Assembly: GCA_031550085.1 (NCBI GenBank)
Contig: JAVBOY010000012.1
Coordinates: 83,689 to 147,688, forward strand
Origin: Lentimicrobiaceae bacterium
GTDB lineage: Bacteria > Bacteroidota > Bacteroidia > Bacteroidales > UBA4417
Length of the DNA stretch: 64,000 nucleotides
Direction: 5' to 3'
A program made the translations under genes and the position numbers. This document shows, piece after piece, positions 35,891 through 44,271 of this stretch (its first letter is position 1; each line of letters begins with the position of its first letter). Below the pieces are notes generated by a model that was given only the letters and a program-made list of their open reading frames with translations, was not told the origin of the DNA and searched no databases.

Positions 35891-36418
35891 TTATTCTTCT
35901 TCGATGTTTTTGAAAACTTCCATATGCAGCAATTGCTGGGCAATAAGCAATCGCGGCCCCCAATGAGTTTTGAAAAGTTTTTTTATTTCGTAAATAGCAT
36001 TGGTTTGCGCTTTCAGCGTCGGTTTGCTGACTAAAAGTGAAAAGTCCTTCAAATCCTGGTACACATCGGCAAACAACTCGGCCAAACTGCCGGTAATGGG
36101 TTCTTTTGCACGAGCTTTGTAATCGATAAATGTAATTTTATCCAACTTTCCCCATTTCGACCGCAGCATTTGAAACACCTTTTCCCATTCTTCTTCCGTT
36201 ACAAAACGTTCGTTGCCCTCGTCGTCCGGCATTTCCGTTTCGGGGAAAAGAGCGCCTTTGGCATAAAGCACCGGTGAAATGGTATAGAGGAACTCCTGGA
36301 TTTGTGGCACCTCAAAGTTTTCAGCATTTTCCAAAAAATGGAAATATTTGCTGGACAGTTTTACGAAATCTAAAACAATTTGGTCGATGGGATCCGGGGC
36401 ATTATTTTCAGCATTCAT
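35891..36418 (-). CDS. DUF5063-like protein
   Basis: 175 aa, acidic and helical. Resembles Bacteroidota DUF5063 proteins from memory (FVKLSSKYFHFLEN...WGPRLL). Confidence 0.6.
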   Translation of the reverse strand: MNAENNAPDPIDQIVLDFVKLSSKYFHFLENAENFEVPQIQEFLYTISPVLYAKGALFPETEMPDDEGNERFVTEEEWEKVFQMLRSKWGKLDKITFIDYKARAKEPITGSLAELFADVYQDLKDFSLLVSKPTLKAQTNAIYEIKKLFKTHWGPRLLIAQQLLHMEVFKNIEEE

Positions 36419-36443
36419 TTTACGGGAATTTAATTTGTAAAAA

Positions 36444-36478
36444 TAAAAAAAGGCTGCCGTTTTTTTTTACGGCAGCCT
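36444..36478 (-). terminator. rho-independent terminator of rplS
   Basis: Perfect 10-bp stem aggctgccgt/acggcagcct (36451-36478), followed on the - strand by seven T. Confidence 0.8.
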
Positions 36479-36499
36479 GAATATTTTTGGTGAGAAAAA

Positions 36500-36856
36500 T
36501 TACATGCGTTTTTCTTTGATACGGGCTTTCTTTCCTTTCAACTCTCTGAGGTAGAAAATGCGTGCCCGGCGAACCGCACCCCGTTTGTTGACTTCAATCT
36601 TATCGATAAAAGGCGAGCAAATCGGAATAATACGTTCTACACCCACAGTCCCGGACATTTTGCGAATGGTAAAGGTTGCTGTAACACCTTCGCCCGAACG
36701 TTGCAGTACCACGCCTTGGAATTGCTGAACGCGTTCTTTATCACCTTCTTTAATTTTATAGTGAACGGTGATCGTATCTCCGGCTTTGAAAGAGGGTAAT
36801 TCGTTTTTGGTAACGAAATTTTCTTCAACGTACTGTATCAAAGTCTTCTTGCTCAT
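36500..36856 (-). CDS. rplS: 50S ribosomal protein L19
   Basis: [58 protein letters not shown]. Confidence 0.95.
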   Translation of the reverse strand: MSKKTLIQYVEENFVTKNELPSFKAGDTITVHYKIKEGDKERVQQFQGVVLQRSGEGVTATFTIRKMSGTVGVERIIPICSPFIDKIEVNKRGAVRRARIFYLRELKGKKARIKEKRM

Positions 36857-36902
36857 TACTTTAGGATATTATGCAGATGTTTAATTCGTGAAAAATGGAG
36901 TG

Positions 36903-36910
36903 CAAAGGTA
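36903..36910 (-). promoter_or_regulatory. -7 box TACCTTTG for rplS (possible -33 TTTG at 36929-36932, 18-nt spacer)
   Basis: + strand text caaaggta, 47 nt upstream of ATG 36856. Confidence 0.45.
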
Positions 36911-37038
36911 TGAATTTTTTTTATTTCCCAAATAGTTACCCGCTATTTTCTTCCTTTTTTCTAAAAAACGTTTGTGATGATCATGATTCGTTACGAGTCT
37001 CCCCAATTATGCTCATGCTTCTGTTTTCTTTTTCATCT

Positions 37039-38421
37039 TTAAAGTAATCGATGCGTCAAGAACATAGCCGCTACCGAAAAATAAATAATCAATCCGGTTA
37101 CATCCACGAGGGTCGCAACGAAGGGGGCGGAAGCCGTGGCCGGATCCAGTCCGAAGCGTTTCAGAATAAAAGGAATCATGGAACCGGATAAGGTGCCCCA
37201 CAGCACGACAAAAACCAGAGAGGTGGTAATGCTGATACCGATCCAAACCCAGTAGATGCCGTAATCGTAAATCCCGGTTTTTTGCCAGATAAAAATGCGG
37301 ATAAATCCGATTATGCCTAATATGGATCCTAAGAACAAACCCGAAAGGATTTCTTTTTTCATCACGTACCACCAGTTTTTCAGCTTTAGTTCATCCAAAG
37401 CCAGCGACCGGATGATCAAACTGGCCGCTTGTGAACCGGAATTTCCGCCGCTTGAAATAATTAGCGGAACAAATAAGGCCAGCACCACAGCTTTGGATAT
37501 TTCTCCATCGAAATAACCCATAGCCGAAGCCGTAAGCATTTCGCTTAAAAACAGGATGATCAGCCAGCCAGCGCGTTTTTTCACCAGTTCGAACAGCGAG
37601 GTTTTGGTGTACGATAGATCCAATCCTTCTGTTCCGCCGAATTTTTGAAAGTCTTCGGTGTTTTCTTCTTCCACCACATCCATCACATCGTCGACCGTTA
37701 CAATGCCCACCAAGGTTCCGTCGCGGTCGATAACCGGTAGTGCCACACGGTCGTGGTCTTGAAACACTTTTCCGGCTATTTCCTGGTCGTCGTAAGCATT
37801 TAAGGCAAGAAACCGGTTGTTGCTGATATCGGAAATGATTTGGTGGGGCGACGCCAGGATGATTTCTTTGATCCGGATGTCGTCGATCAATTTCCATTGA
37901 TCATCCACAATGTAAATAACATTCAGCGTTTCCGAATCGCGCCCGAATTGGCGGATGTGCTCCAATGCCTGTTCAACCGTAAAATAGGGTTTAATGGCCA
38001 CATATTCGGGTGTCATCAAACGTCCGATACTTTCTTTGGGGTACGCCAGTAAACGGGTGGCAATTTCCCGCTCTTTGGCCGAAAGCATTTGAACCAACCG
38101 CTGGCTCACTTCTTCGGGCAAATCTTCGAAGAATGCTGTACGGTCATCCGGCTCCAAGTCGTTGAGCAAACTGGTCAACTTGGAACTGTTGGTATCAAGC
38201 GCTTCAATAATGACTTCCTGCTGGTCGTGCGAAAGATGCTGGAAGGTTTCTTTGGCGATGGTATTGGGCAAAAGCCGGAACAAGATGATTTGTTCTGCCT
38301 TATCCAGTGAATCGACAAGTGCTGCGATTTGAATTGCCGAAAGTTTGTTTAGCTCGATTTTGAGTTGTTTCCAAAGCCGGTTTTCAATAAGCTGTTGGAA
38401 CTGAATTTTGATTTCATCCAT
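37039..38421 (-). CDS. mgtE: magnesium transporter MgtE
   Basis: N-domain, tandem CBS domains (ALPVIDRDGTLVGIVTVDDVMDV) and a 5-TM MgtE domain (SSGGNSGSQA...PFVATLVDVTGLIIYF). Confidence 0.95.
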   Translation of the reverse strand: MDEIKIQFQQLIENRLWKQLKIELNKLSAIQIAALVDSLDKAEQIILFRLLPNTIAKETFQHLSHDQQEVIIEALDTNSSKLTSLLNDLEPDDRTAFFEDLPEEVSQRLVQMLSAKEREIATRLLAYPKESIGRLMTPEYVAIKPYFTVEQALEHIRQFGRDSETLNVIYIVDDQWKLIDDIRIKEIILASPHQIISDISNNRFLALNAYDDQEIAGKVFQDHDRVALPVIDRDGTLVGIVTVDDVMDVVEEENTEDFQKFGGTEGLDLSYTKTSLFELVKKRAGWLIILFLSEMLTASAMGYFDGEISKAVVLALFVPLIISSGGNSGSQAASLIIRSLALDELKLKNWWYVMKKEILSGLFLGSILGIIGFIRIFIWQKTGIYDYGIYWVWIGISITTSLVFVVLWGTLSGSMIPFILKRFGLDPATASAPFVATLVDVTGLIIYFSVAAMFLTHRLL

Positions 38422-38446
38422 TTAATTAGGCCTCCTTACAAATTAA

Positions 38447-38478
38447 CTCTGCAAAGGGCCTGCCGGACCTTTACAGAG
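38447..38478 (-). promoter_or_regulatory. leader hairpin in the mgtE 5' UTR (terminator- or sequester-like)
   Basis: On the sense strand ctctgtaaagg and cctttgcagag pair at 10 of 11 positions around a 10-nt loop, followed by ttaatttgtaaggagg. An alternative pairing exists between ggacctt (38518-38512) and aaggtcc. Confidence 0.3.
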
Positions 38479-38553
38479 AAGTGGTTATTTCATTTTTCCT
38501 GCAACTAGGATAAGGTCCGTCGTCCATGATGGTGATTTTTAGAATTGAGGTCG

Positions 38554-38561
38554 CAAAAGTA
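38554..38561 (-). promoter_or_regulatory. -7 box TACTTTTG for mgtE
   Basis: + strand text caaaagta, 133 nt upstream of ATG 38421. This places the hairpins inside the leader. Confidence 0.4.
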
Positions 38562-38665
38562 CTATTTTCAAATAAAAACTAAACCTGCAAAGAGTGTTTT
38601 TTTTGTAAAAAATAGTTGGTGATTAAACCTTGAATCTGGTTGAATTGTTTGAAACGGTTTTTGCG

Positions 38666-39343
38666 TCATTCCTCCAATAATCCCGGCCGTCGTTGGCGGG
38701 TACGTTCCAGCGCTTTTTCGTGTTGCCACAGGCGGATTTCTTTTTCGTTTCCGGAAAGCAGTACCGGAGGGACTTCCCAGCCGTTGTAAACCGCCGGGCG
38801 TGTATAAACCGGAGGCGAGAGCAGGTTGTCTTGAAACGAATCGGATAAGGCCGACGTTTCATCGTTTAAAACACCCGGTAGTAAACGGATTACCGCATCG
38901 GAAACTACCGCCGCTGCCAATTCTCCGCCGGATAGCACATAATCGCCGATTGAAATTTCGGCAGTCATGTAATGTTCGCGCAAACGCTCGTCGATTCCTT
39001 TGTAATGTCCGCAGAGTAGAATCAGATTTCCTTTGAGCGACAAACGGTTTGCCACGTTTTGATTGAGCAATTCGCCGTCGGGCGTGAGGAAAATGATTTC
39101 GTCGTACCTGCGTTCCGAACGCAATTTGTCGATACAACTTGCAATGGGCTGAATCATCATGACCATGCCGGCACCGCCCCCGAATTGATAATCGTCGACC
39201 GAGCGATGTTTGTTTTCGGCATAATCGCGGATGTTATGTAAATGAATCTCTGCCAACCCTTTGTTTTGGGCTCTTTTTAAAATGGAATGCTCGAAAACGC
39301 CGGCAAACATCTCAGGGAATATGGTTAGAATGTCGATACGCAT
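38666..39343 (-). CDS. trmD: tRNA (guanine37-N1)-methyltransferase
   Basis: [56 protein letters not shown]. Confidence 0.95.
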   Translation of the reverse strand: MRIDILTIFPEMFAGVFEHSILKRAQNKGLAEIHLHNIRDYAENKHRSVDDYQFGGGAGMVMMIQPIASCIDKLRSERRYDEIIFLTPDGELLNQNVANRLSLKGNLILLCGHYKGIDERLREHYMTAEISIGDYVLSGGELAAAVVSDAVIRLLPGVLNDETSALSDSFQDNLLSPPVYTRPAVYNGWEVPPVLLSGNEKEIRLWQHEKALERTRQRRPGLLEE

Positions 39344-39359
39344 ACAAAATTGTTTGCAG

Positions 39360-39367
39360 CAAAATTA
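39360..39367 (-). promoter_or_regulatory. -7 box TAATTTTG for trmD
   Basis: + strand text caaaatta, 17 nt upstream of ATG 39343. Confidence 0.35.
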
Positions 39368-39434
39368 GGAAGAAACCGGGAAAGTTATTTTTTCGAAGAA
39401 AACTTCATTTCGCTTTGCATTTTGCAAAAAACTT

Positions 39435-39442
39435 TACCTTTG
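39435..39442 (+). promoter_or_regulatory. -7 box TACCTTTG for the nucleoside permease gene
   Basis: 63 nt upstream of ATG 39505. A TTTG lies at 39414-39417 (17-nt spacer). Confidence 0.4.
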
Positions 39443-39504
39443 GCTTATTCAAAGCCTATTTTAGTTGATTTATTTTATTGAATAGTAATAAAATCCAAAT
39501 TTTT

Positions 39505-40758
39505 ATGAATATCAAGTTTCGCCTGACAGTCATGAATTTCTTCCAATTTTTTATTTGGGGGGCCTGGTTAATCACCATCGGAGGTTTTTGGTTTCAAACC
39601 AAGCAGTGGTCGGGAACCGAATTCGGGGCTATTTTTTCAACCATGGGGATCGCATCCTTGTTTATGCCCGCCTTGATGGGCATTGTGGCCGACCGTTGGA
39701 TTAATGCCGAAAAATTGTTGGGGATGCTTCATATTCTGGGAGCTGTGTTCTTGTTTTTGCTTCCGCAAATGCAAACGCCCACCGAAATGTTTTGGCTGAT
39801 GCTGGTCAACATGATGTGTTATATGCCGACCATTGCTTTGGCGAATTCGGTTTCGTATTCCGTGATGACCAAAGCCAATATGGATGTGGTGAAAAGCTTT
39901 CCGCCCATTCGCGTTTTCGGAACCATTGGATTTATTGTTGCCATGTGGACGGTCAGTTTATTGAGAATTGAAACATCGGCAGCTCAATTTTATGTGGCAT
40001 CAGGGGCTTCGTTGTTTTTGGGACTTTATGCGTTTACGCTCCCCAAATGTGATATTAATAAAAATGCTGAAAAGAAATCGTGGGTCGATTCGTTGGGATT
40101 GCGTGCTTTTGCGTTGTTCAAAAACACAAAAATGGCTTTATTTTTTGTCTTTTCCATGTTTTTGGGCGCTGCTTTGCAACTGACCAATGCCTACGGTGAT
40201 ACTTTTTTGCACGATTTTGCCAAGATTGATATTTACAAAGATTTAATCGCTGTAAAATATCCCGCCATCGTAATGTCTATTTCGCAAATGTCGGAAACCT
40301 TGTTTATTTTGGCCATTCCGTTTTTCCTGCGCAAGTTTGGAATCAAAAACGTGATGCTATTCAGCATGCTGGCTTGGGTATTGCGCTTTGGCTTGTTAGG
40401 TATCGGAAATCCTGCCGAAGGCCTGATTTGGATTATCCTTTCGTGTATTATTTACGGCATGGCATTTGATTTTTTCAATATTTCCGGATCGCTGTATATC
40501 GAAACACAAACCGACTCGTCGATCCGCGCCAGCGCTCAAGGCGTGTTTATGATGATGACCAATGGGGTAGGAGCCGTGCTGGGCAGTTGGAGCAGCGGTT
40601 TGATGATCGACCACTTTTTTAAAGATGCAAACGGAACGTTCCAGTGGCAAGGTATTTGGTTTACTTTCGCTGCGTATGCCTTAGTGGTAGCTATTGCGTT
40701 TGCCCTCGTGTTTAAGCACAAACACAATCCCGGCGAATTCCGACGAGTTCAACACTGA
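39505..40758 (+). CDS. nucleoside permease (NupG/XapB-type MFS)
   Basis: MNIKFRLTVMNFFQFFIWGAWLITIG..MGIVADRW, 12 TM helices. Confidence 0.9.
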   Translation: MNIKFRLTVMNFFQFFIWGAWLITIGGFWFQTKQWSGTEFGAIFSTMGIASLFMPALMGIVADRWINAEKLLGMLHILGAVFLFLLPQMQTPTEMFWLMLVNMMCYMPTIALANSVSYSVMTKANMDVVKSFPPIRVFGTIGFIVAMWTVSLLRIETSAAQFYVASGASLFLGLYAFTLPKCDINKNAEKKSWVDSLGLRAFALFKNTKMALFFVFSMFLGAALQLTNAYGDTFLHDFAKIDIYKDLIAVKYPAIVMSISQMSETLFILAIPFFLRKFGIKNVMLFSMLAWVLRFGLLGIGNPAEGLIWIILSCIIYGMAFDFFNISGSLYIETQTDSSIRASAQGVFMMMTNGVGAVLGSWSSGLMIDHFFKDANGTFQWQGIWFTFAAYALVVAIAFALVFKHKHNPGEFRRVQH

Positions 40759-40775
40759 AAACCATACAAACAACC

Positions 40776-41492
40776 ATGAAAACAACAACAAAACCCGTTC
40801 TTTTTTTATTTATTGTTTCGATTACATTCCTAAGCAGTTGCAGTGTTTACCAACCCCGCATGGTTGATATTCCGTTGATCAACAAGAAAAACGAGGTGCG
40901 CGCAGATGTTGCACTTTCTTTTCTGCCACCGGCGGCCAATGCAACAATTTCGTACGGAGTAACGGATAATATAGCCGTACAAGCATACGGAAATATTCAC
41001 GATGCTGATAATTACTTTTTTCACGGTGCTGTGGGTTATTATAAAAACCTGGGAAATAGCACTGTAATGGAAATGTATGGTGGCTTTGGGTATGGATATA
41101 CGGATGTTTGGACTTTGGATTTTAGATCAAGCAGCAGTTTTTTCGGCAACCACCAACAATATTTTGTCCAATTCAATTATGGAAAAACCAATTGCAAATT
41201 TGCCCATGCCGATTTTGGATTGGCGCTGAAGACAGGATTTGTACATTCGGAAATGAGCAATGAGAACTATTTTGGCCCCCGTGTAAGATATCAAGAAGGG
41301 GATGAATTTCCCATTTTGCGTGATAACCTCTTTTTTATGGAACCGCAAGGATTTGTTCGTATTGGTGGAGAACATGTGAAATTTTGTGCTAAAATAGGAG
41401 TCTGCGGAGCAATTTATAAGTTTACCAACACACACTATCGGACATCTTATCATCCGGTTGATTTTGGAATTGGCGTGAATGTTAAGTTTTGA
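40776..41492 (+). CDS. lipoprotein / putative small outer-membrane beta-barrel protein
   Basis: Lipobox FLSSCS, alternating aromatic/Gly strands and a C-terminal GIGVNVKF. Confidence 0.65.
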   Translation: MKTTTKPVLFLFIVSITFLSSCSVYQPRMVDIPLINKKNEVRADVALSFLPPAANATISYGVTDNIAVQAYGNIHDADNYFFHGAVGYYKNLGNSTVMEMYGGFGYGYTDVWTLDFRSSSSFFGNHQQYFVQFNYGKTNCKFAHADFGLALKTGFVHSEMSNENYFGPRVRYQEGDEFPILRDNLFFMEPQGFVRIGGEHVKFCAKIGVCGAIYKFTNTHYRTSYHPVDFGIGVNVKF

Positions 41493-41507
41493 ACGAAAAG
41501 CTGATTC

Positions 41508-41984
41508 TTACAAATCTGTTGGTTTATGTCCGAACATTTTCCCCGAAAAACGTTCCACATTGACTTTCATGCAACAAACATTGCGTACCGAAGGCTCGTT
41601 GTACTGAAATTCCTTTTTGGTATACATCGCCATGACATGATTCAGGAGGGTGATTTTTTCGTCGTAATCTTCCACGAACTCTACTTTTCCGAATGCCTGT
41701 ACCGAGCGGTAATGCATGGAATAACTGCATGCCATTTCTTCACTTTGCTTGTTCAACGCGTGATCGGTGCTGAATACAATGCAAACATTGGGATTATTCT
41801 TTAAAATATCAATCTTTTTGCCTTCCTGGGCGCCATGCAAAAAGATGGTGCCGTCGAAATAACCGAAATTGAACGGCAACACATAAGGCATCCCGTTTTC
41901 GTCGGTCATCCCCACATAGCAAACTTGGCAACGTTTGATAACTGAATCGATTTCAGACTGTTCGGTAAAAAAATGAGTTCGCAT
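41508..41984 (-). CDS. pyridoxamine 5'-phosphate oxidase family (split-barrel flavin-binding, Nim-like fold) protein
   Basis: CYVGMTDENGMPYVLPFNFGYFDGTIFLHGAQEGKKIDILKNNPNVCIVF. Confidence 0.8.
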   Translation of the reverse strand: MRTHFFTEQSEIDSVIKRCQVCYVGMTDENGMPYVLPFNFGYFDGTIFLHGAQEGKKIDILKNNPNVCIVFSTDHALNKQSEEMACSYSMHYRSVQAFGKVEFVEDYDEKITLLNHVMAMYTKKEFQYNEPSVRNVCCMKVNVERFSGKMFGHKPTDL

Positions 41985-42007
41985 GGTATTGAAATGAGTT
42001 GAAGGTT

Positions 42008-42015
42008 CAAAAGTA
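42008..42015 (-). promoter_or_regulatory. -7 box TACTTTTG
   Basis: + strand text caaaagta, 24 nt upstream of ATG 41984. Confidence 0.35.
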
Positions 42016-42151
42016 AAGATTTTGCCGATACATCCGCTTTGTTGAAACTTTTCATTTCATTTTTCTGTTGTCATACGCATACCGGTCACTTTCCGGGGAA
42101 ATAAATGGAACTATTTCCGGACGAAAGCACTACCTTCGCGCACTTTTTATC

Positions 42152-43090
42152 ATGAAAAATTCCCTTTCTTCTCAAAATACTTACAAAAGCGGATTGATGT
42201 ACGGTTTGGCGGCCTACACCGCCTGGGGCATGTTTCCTTTGTTCTGGAAACTGGTTTCCTCGGTTCCTGCCGAACAAATTTTGGCTCACCGCATCATTTG
42301 GTCCCTGGTGTTTGTATTTGCTTTGATGCTGTTTCAACGAGACAAAACCTATATTTCATATCTGAAAAACTTTAAAATACTTGGCTTGCTGACAGTTACG
42401 GGACTTTTAATTGGCGGAAATTGGTACATTTACATTTATGCGGTAAACACCAATCGTATATTGGATACCAGTTTGGGATATTACATCAGTCCGATCGCAA
42501 ATGTGTTTTTGGGCATTGTGTTTTTAAAAGAACGGTTAACCAAAATTCAGTACGTGGCTGTGGGATTTGCGTTGGCAGGAATTATTTGGTTGGCAATTCA
42601 GCACGGAAGCTTGCCTTGGATTTCCCTTAGCCTGCCGTTAAGTTTTTCGCTGTATGGTTTTTTACGTAAAAAAGCCAATCTCGAAGCATTTCCCAGCCTG
42701 CTTGTCGAAACCATTATTCTGACACCTATTGCCCTTCTTTTTTTGATTTATGCCGAAAGCCGGCATGTGGGCGTGTTTTTACACCAGGGATGGTTTATCG
42801 ATGTTATGTTGATTCTGGGAGGAGTAATTACTGCCATTCCGTTGCTTTGGTTTGGATTGGCCGCCGTTCGCATTCCCTTGTCTACCATTGGCTTCTTGCA
42901 ATACATTTCTCCCACCTTGCAATTGATAACGGGTGTTTTCGTATTTGGCGAATCGTTCGGGCACGAACGCTTTGTAAGTTTTATTTTGGTATGGATTGGG
43001 TTGGGGATTTATACGTATTCCCTGATTCATAAACTTCGCCTTAGCGCTAAGGCTGTACCTGCAAGTCCCGAAAGAGGGGGAAGAAATTAA
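42152..43090 (+). CDS. rarD: EamA-family transporter RarD
   Basis: GLMYGLAAYTAWGMFPLFWK.., 10 TM helices. ATG 42152 is preferred over the listed 42068. Confidence 0.9.
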   Translation: MKNSLSSQNTYKSGLMYGLAAYTAWGMFPLFWKLVSSVPAEQILAHRIIWSLVFVFALMLFQRDKTYISYLKNFKILGLLTVTGLLIGGNWYIYIYAVNTNRILDTSLGYYISPIANVFLGIVFLKERLTKIQYVAVGFALAGIIWLAIQHGSLPWISLSLPLSFSLYGFLRKKANLEAFPSLLVETIILTPIALLFLIYAESRHVGVFLHQGWFIDVMLILGGVITAIPLLWFGLAAVRIPLSTIGFLQYISPTLQLITGVFVFGESFGHERFVSFILVWIGLGIYTYSLIHKLRLSAKAVPASPERGGRN

Positions 43091-43386
43091 AAATTACGAA
43101 TAAGTTTCTGCAGTTAACGAGTTTACAGCTGATCTCAGCGAATCTCAGTGAACCCTCAGTGGCTCTCAGCGTAGCTTTTTAGCAGAAAGAAAAAAGCAGA
43201 AAGCAGACCGAGGAAACAAACAACAAAAAACAAACAACAATCTTTGAGCGTTGCACCATTTCAGCCTTCACATTTCACCAAACAAACAATTCAGCAACTT
43301 GTTAATATTCATGTAAAAAAGTAGGTTTTCGCAATTTTGGAATATTTTTTGAGTTTCCCCAGCATAAGCCAACAGCACTTCAAAAT
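43091..43386 (+). repeat. mosaic intergenic repeat in plus orientation (copy R4)
   Basis: Contains reverse complements of modules B and C as written at the other loci (agcagaaagaaaaaagcagaaagcag; ttcacatttcaccaaacaaacaattcagcaac). Shares the exact 28-mer aacaacaaaaaacaaacaacaatctttg (43219-43246) with the reverse strand of 46733-46760. Confidence 0.85.
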
Positions 43387-44187
43387 ATGAGCCGTTTTTT
43401 TGTTTTTACGATCCTTTGTTTCTTCGCTGTAATTCAGTCATCTGCCCAGCAGTACCGCAAAATGACAAATACTGCCTTTAGGCGGGGCGAAAAATTGGAA
43501 TACCGTATTGCCTTTCACTCGGCTTTAACGGGAAACCTTACGGCAGCCAGGGCTACCATGGAAGTAACCCAGGATAAAAAAGCGTTCAACAACCGGAATA
43601 CCTATCATGTCGTGCTGGACGGACACACCTCGGGCTTGATTGAAGTTTTTTACAAGGTAAGCGAGCATTTTGAAAGCTATATCGATGAAGAAGCCTTGAT
43701 TCCATTTGAATTTATCCGCAAAACGCGGGAAAACAATTACCGGAAAAATGAAACCGTGAAATTCGACCACAAATACAAATTGGCTGTAAGCAACAATGCG
43801 GTAACAAAAGTTCCTGAAAATGTGCACGATATGGTTTCGATTTTGTATTGCGCCCGCAATCTGGATTTGACCAATGCCAAAAAAGGCACCGTGTTTACGT
43901 TGCCCTTTTTATTGGACGATTCGGTTTATTATTCGAAAATTATCTATGAGGGGAAAGAAACCATCAAAAGCAAGTTGGGGAAAGTCGATTGCATCAAAAT
44001 CAAACCCATGGTTGCCACCGGTGACGTGTTTAAAGATCCCTTTCCGGCTACTTTGTGGATTTCGGACGATAAAAACCGGATTCCCATCCGCATTGAAAGT
44101 GCACTGACTGTGGGAAGCGTTCGCGTAGATATCACCGCTTACTCCGGATTGGCAAATTCATTCACTTCCTTAATCAAGCCCAAGTAA
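43387..44187 (+). CDS. DUF3108-like secreted protein
   Basis: A signal peptide is followed by GEKLEYRIAF..ARATMEV, the pattern of DUF3108 from memory. Confidence 0.65.
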   Translation: MSRFFVFTILCFFAVIQSSAQQYRKMTNTAFRRGEKLEYRIAFHSALTGNLTAARATMEVTQDKKAFNNRNTYHVVLDGHTSGLIEVFYKVSEHFESYIDEEALIPFEFIRKTRENNYRKNETVKFDHKYKLAVSNNAVTKVPENVHDMVSILYCARNLDLTNAKKGTVFTLPFLLDDSVYYSKIIYEGKETIKSKLGKVDCIKIKPMVATGDVFKDPFPATLWISDDKNRIPIRIESALTVGSVRVDITAYSGLANSFTSLIKPK

Positions 44188-44271
44188 AGATTATTTCACG
44201 CTATTCCTGTGCCGGATGATCAATTCAAGTTTGAACTTGGTGATTCGTTCCATGCAAACGCGTTATCTTTT

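Noticed and set aside
37013-37897. ORFs 37013..37372 and 37391..37897 on the minus strand
   Set aside because: They are alternative frames inside the well-supported mgtE gene, and their translations are Arg/Gly-rich.
38422-38561. M-box (ykoK) magnesium riboswitch upstream of mgtE
   Set aside because: The leader is too short and lacks the conserved M-box core sequences that I remember. It is kept only as an uncharacterised candidate leader.
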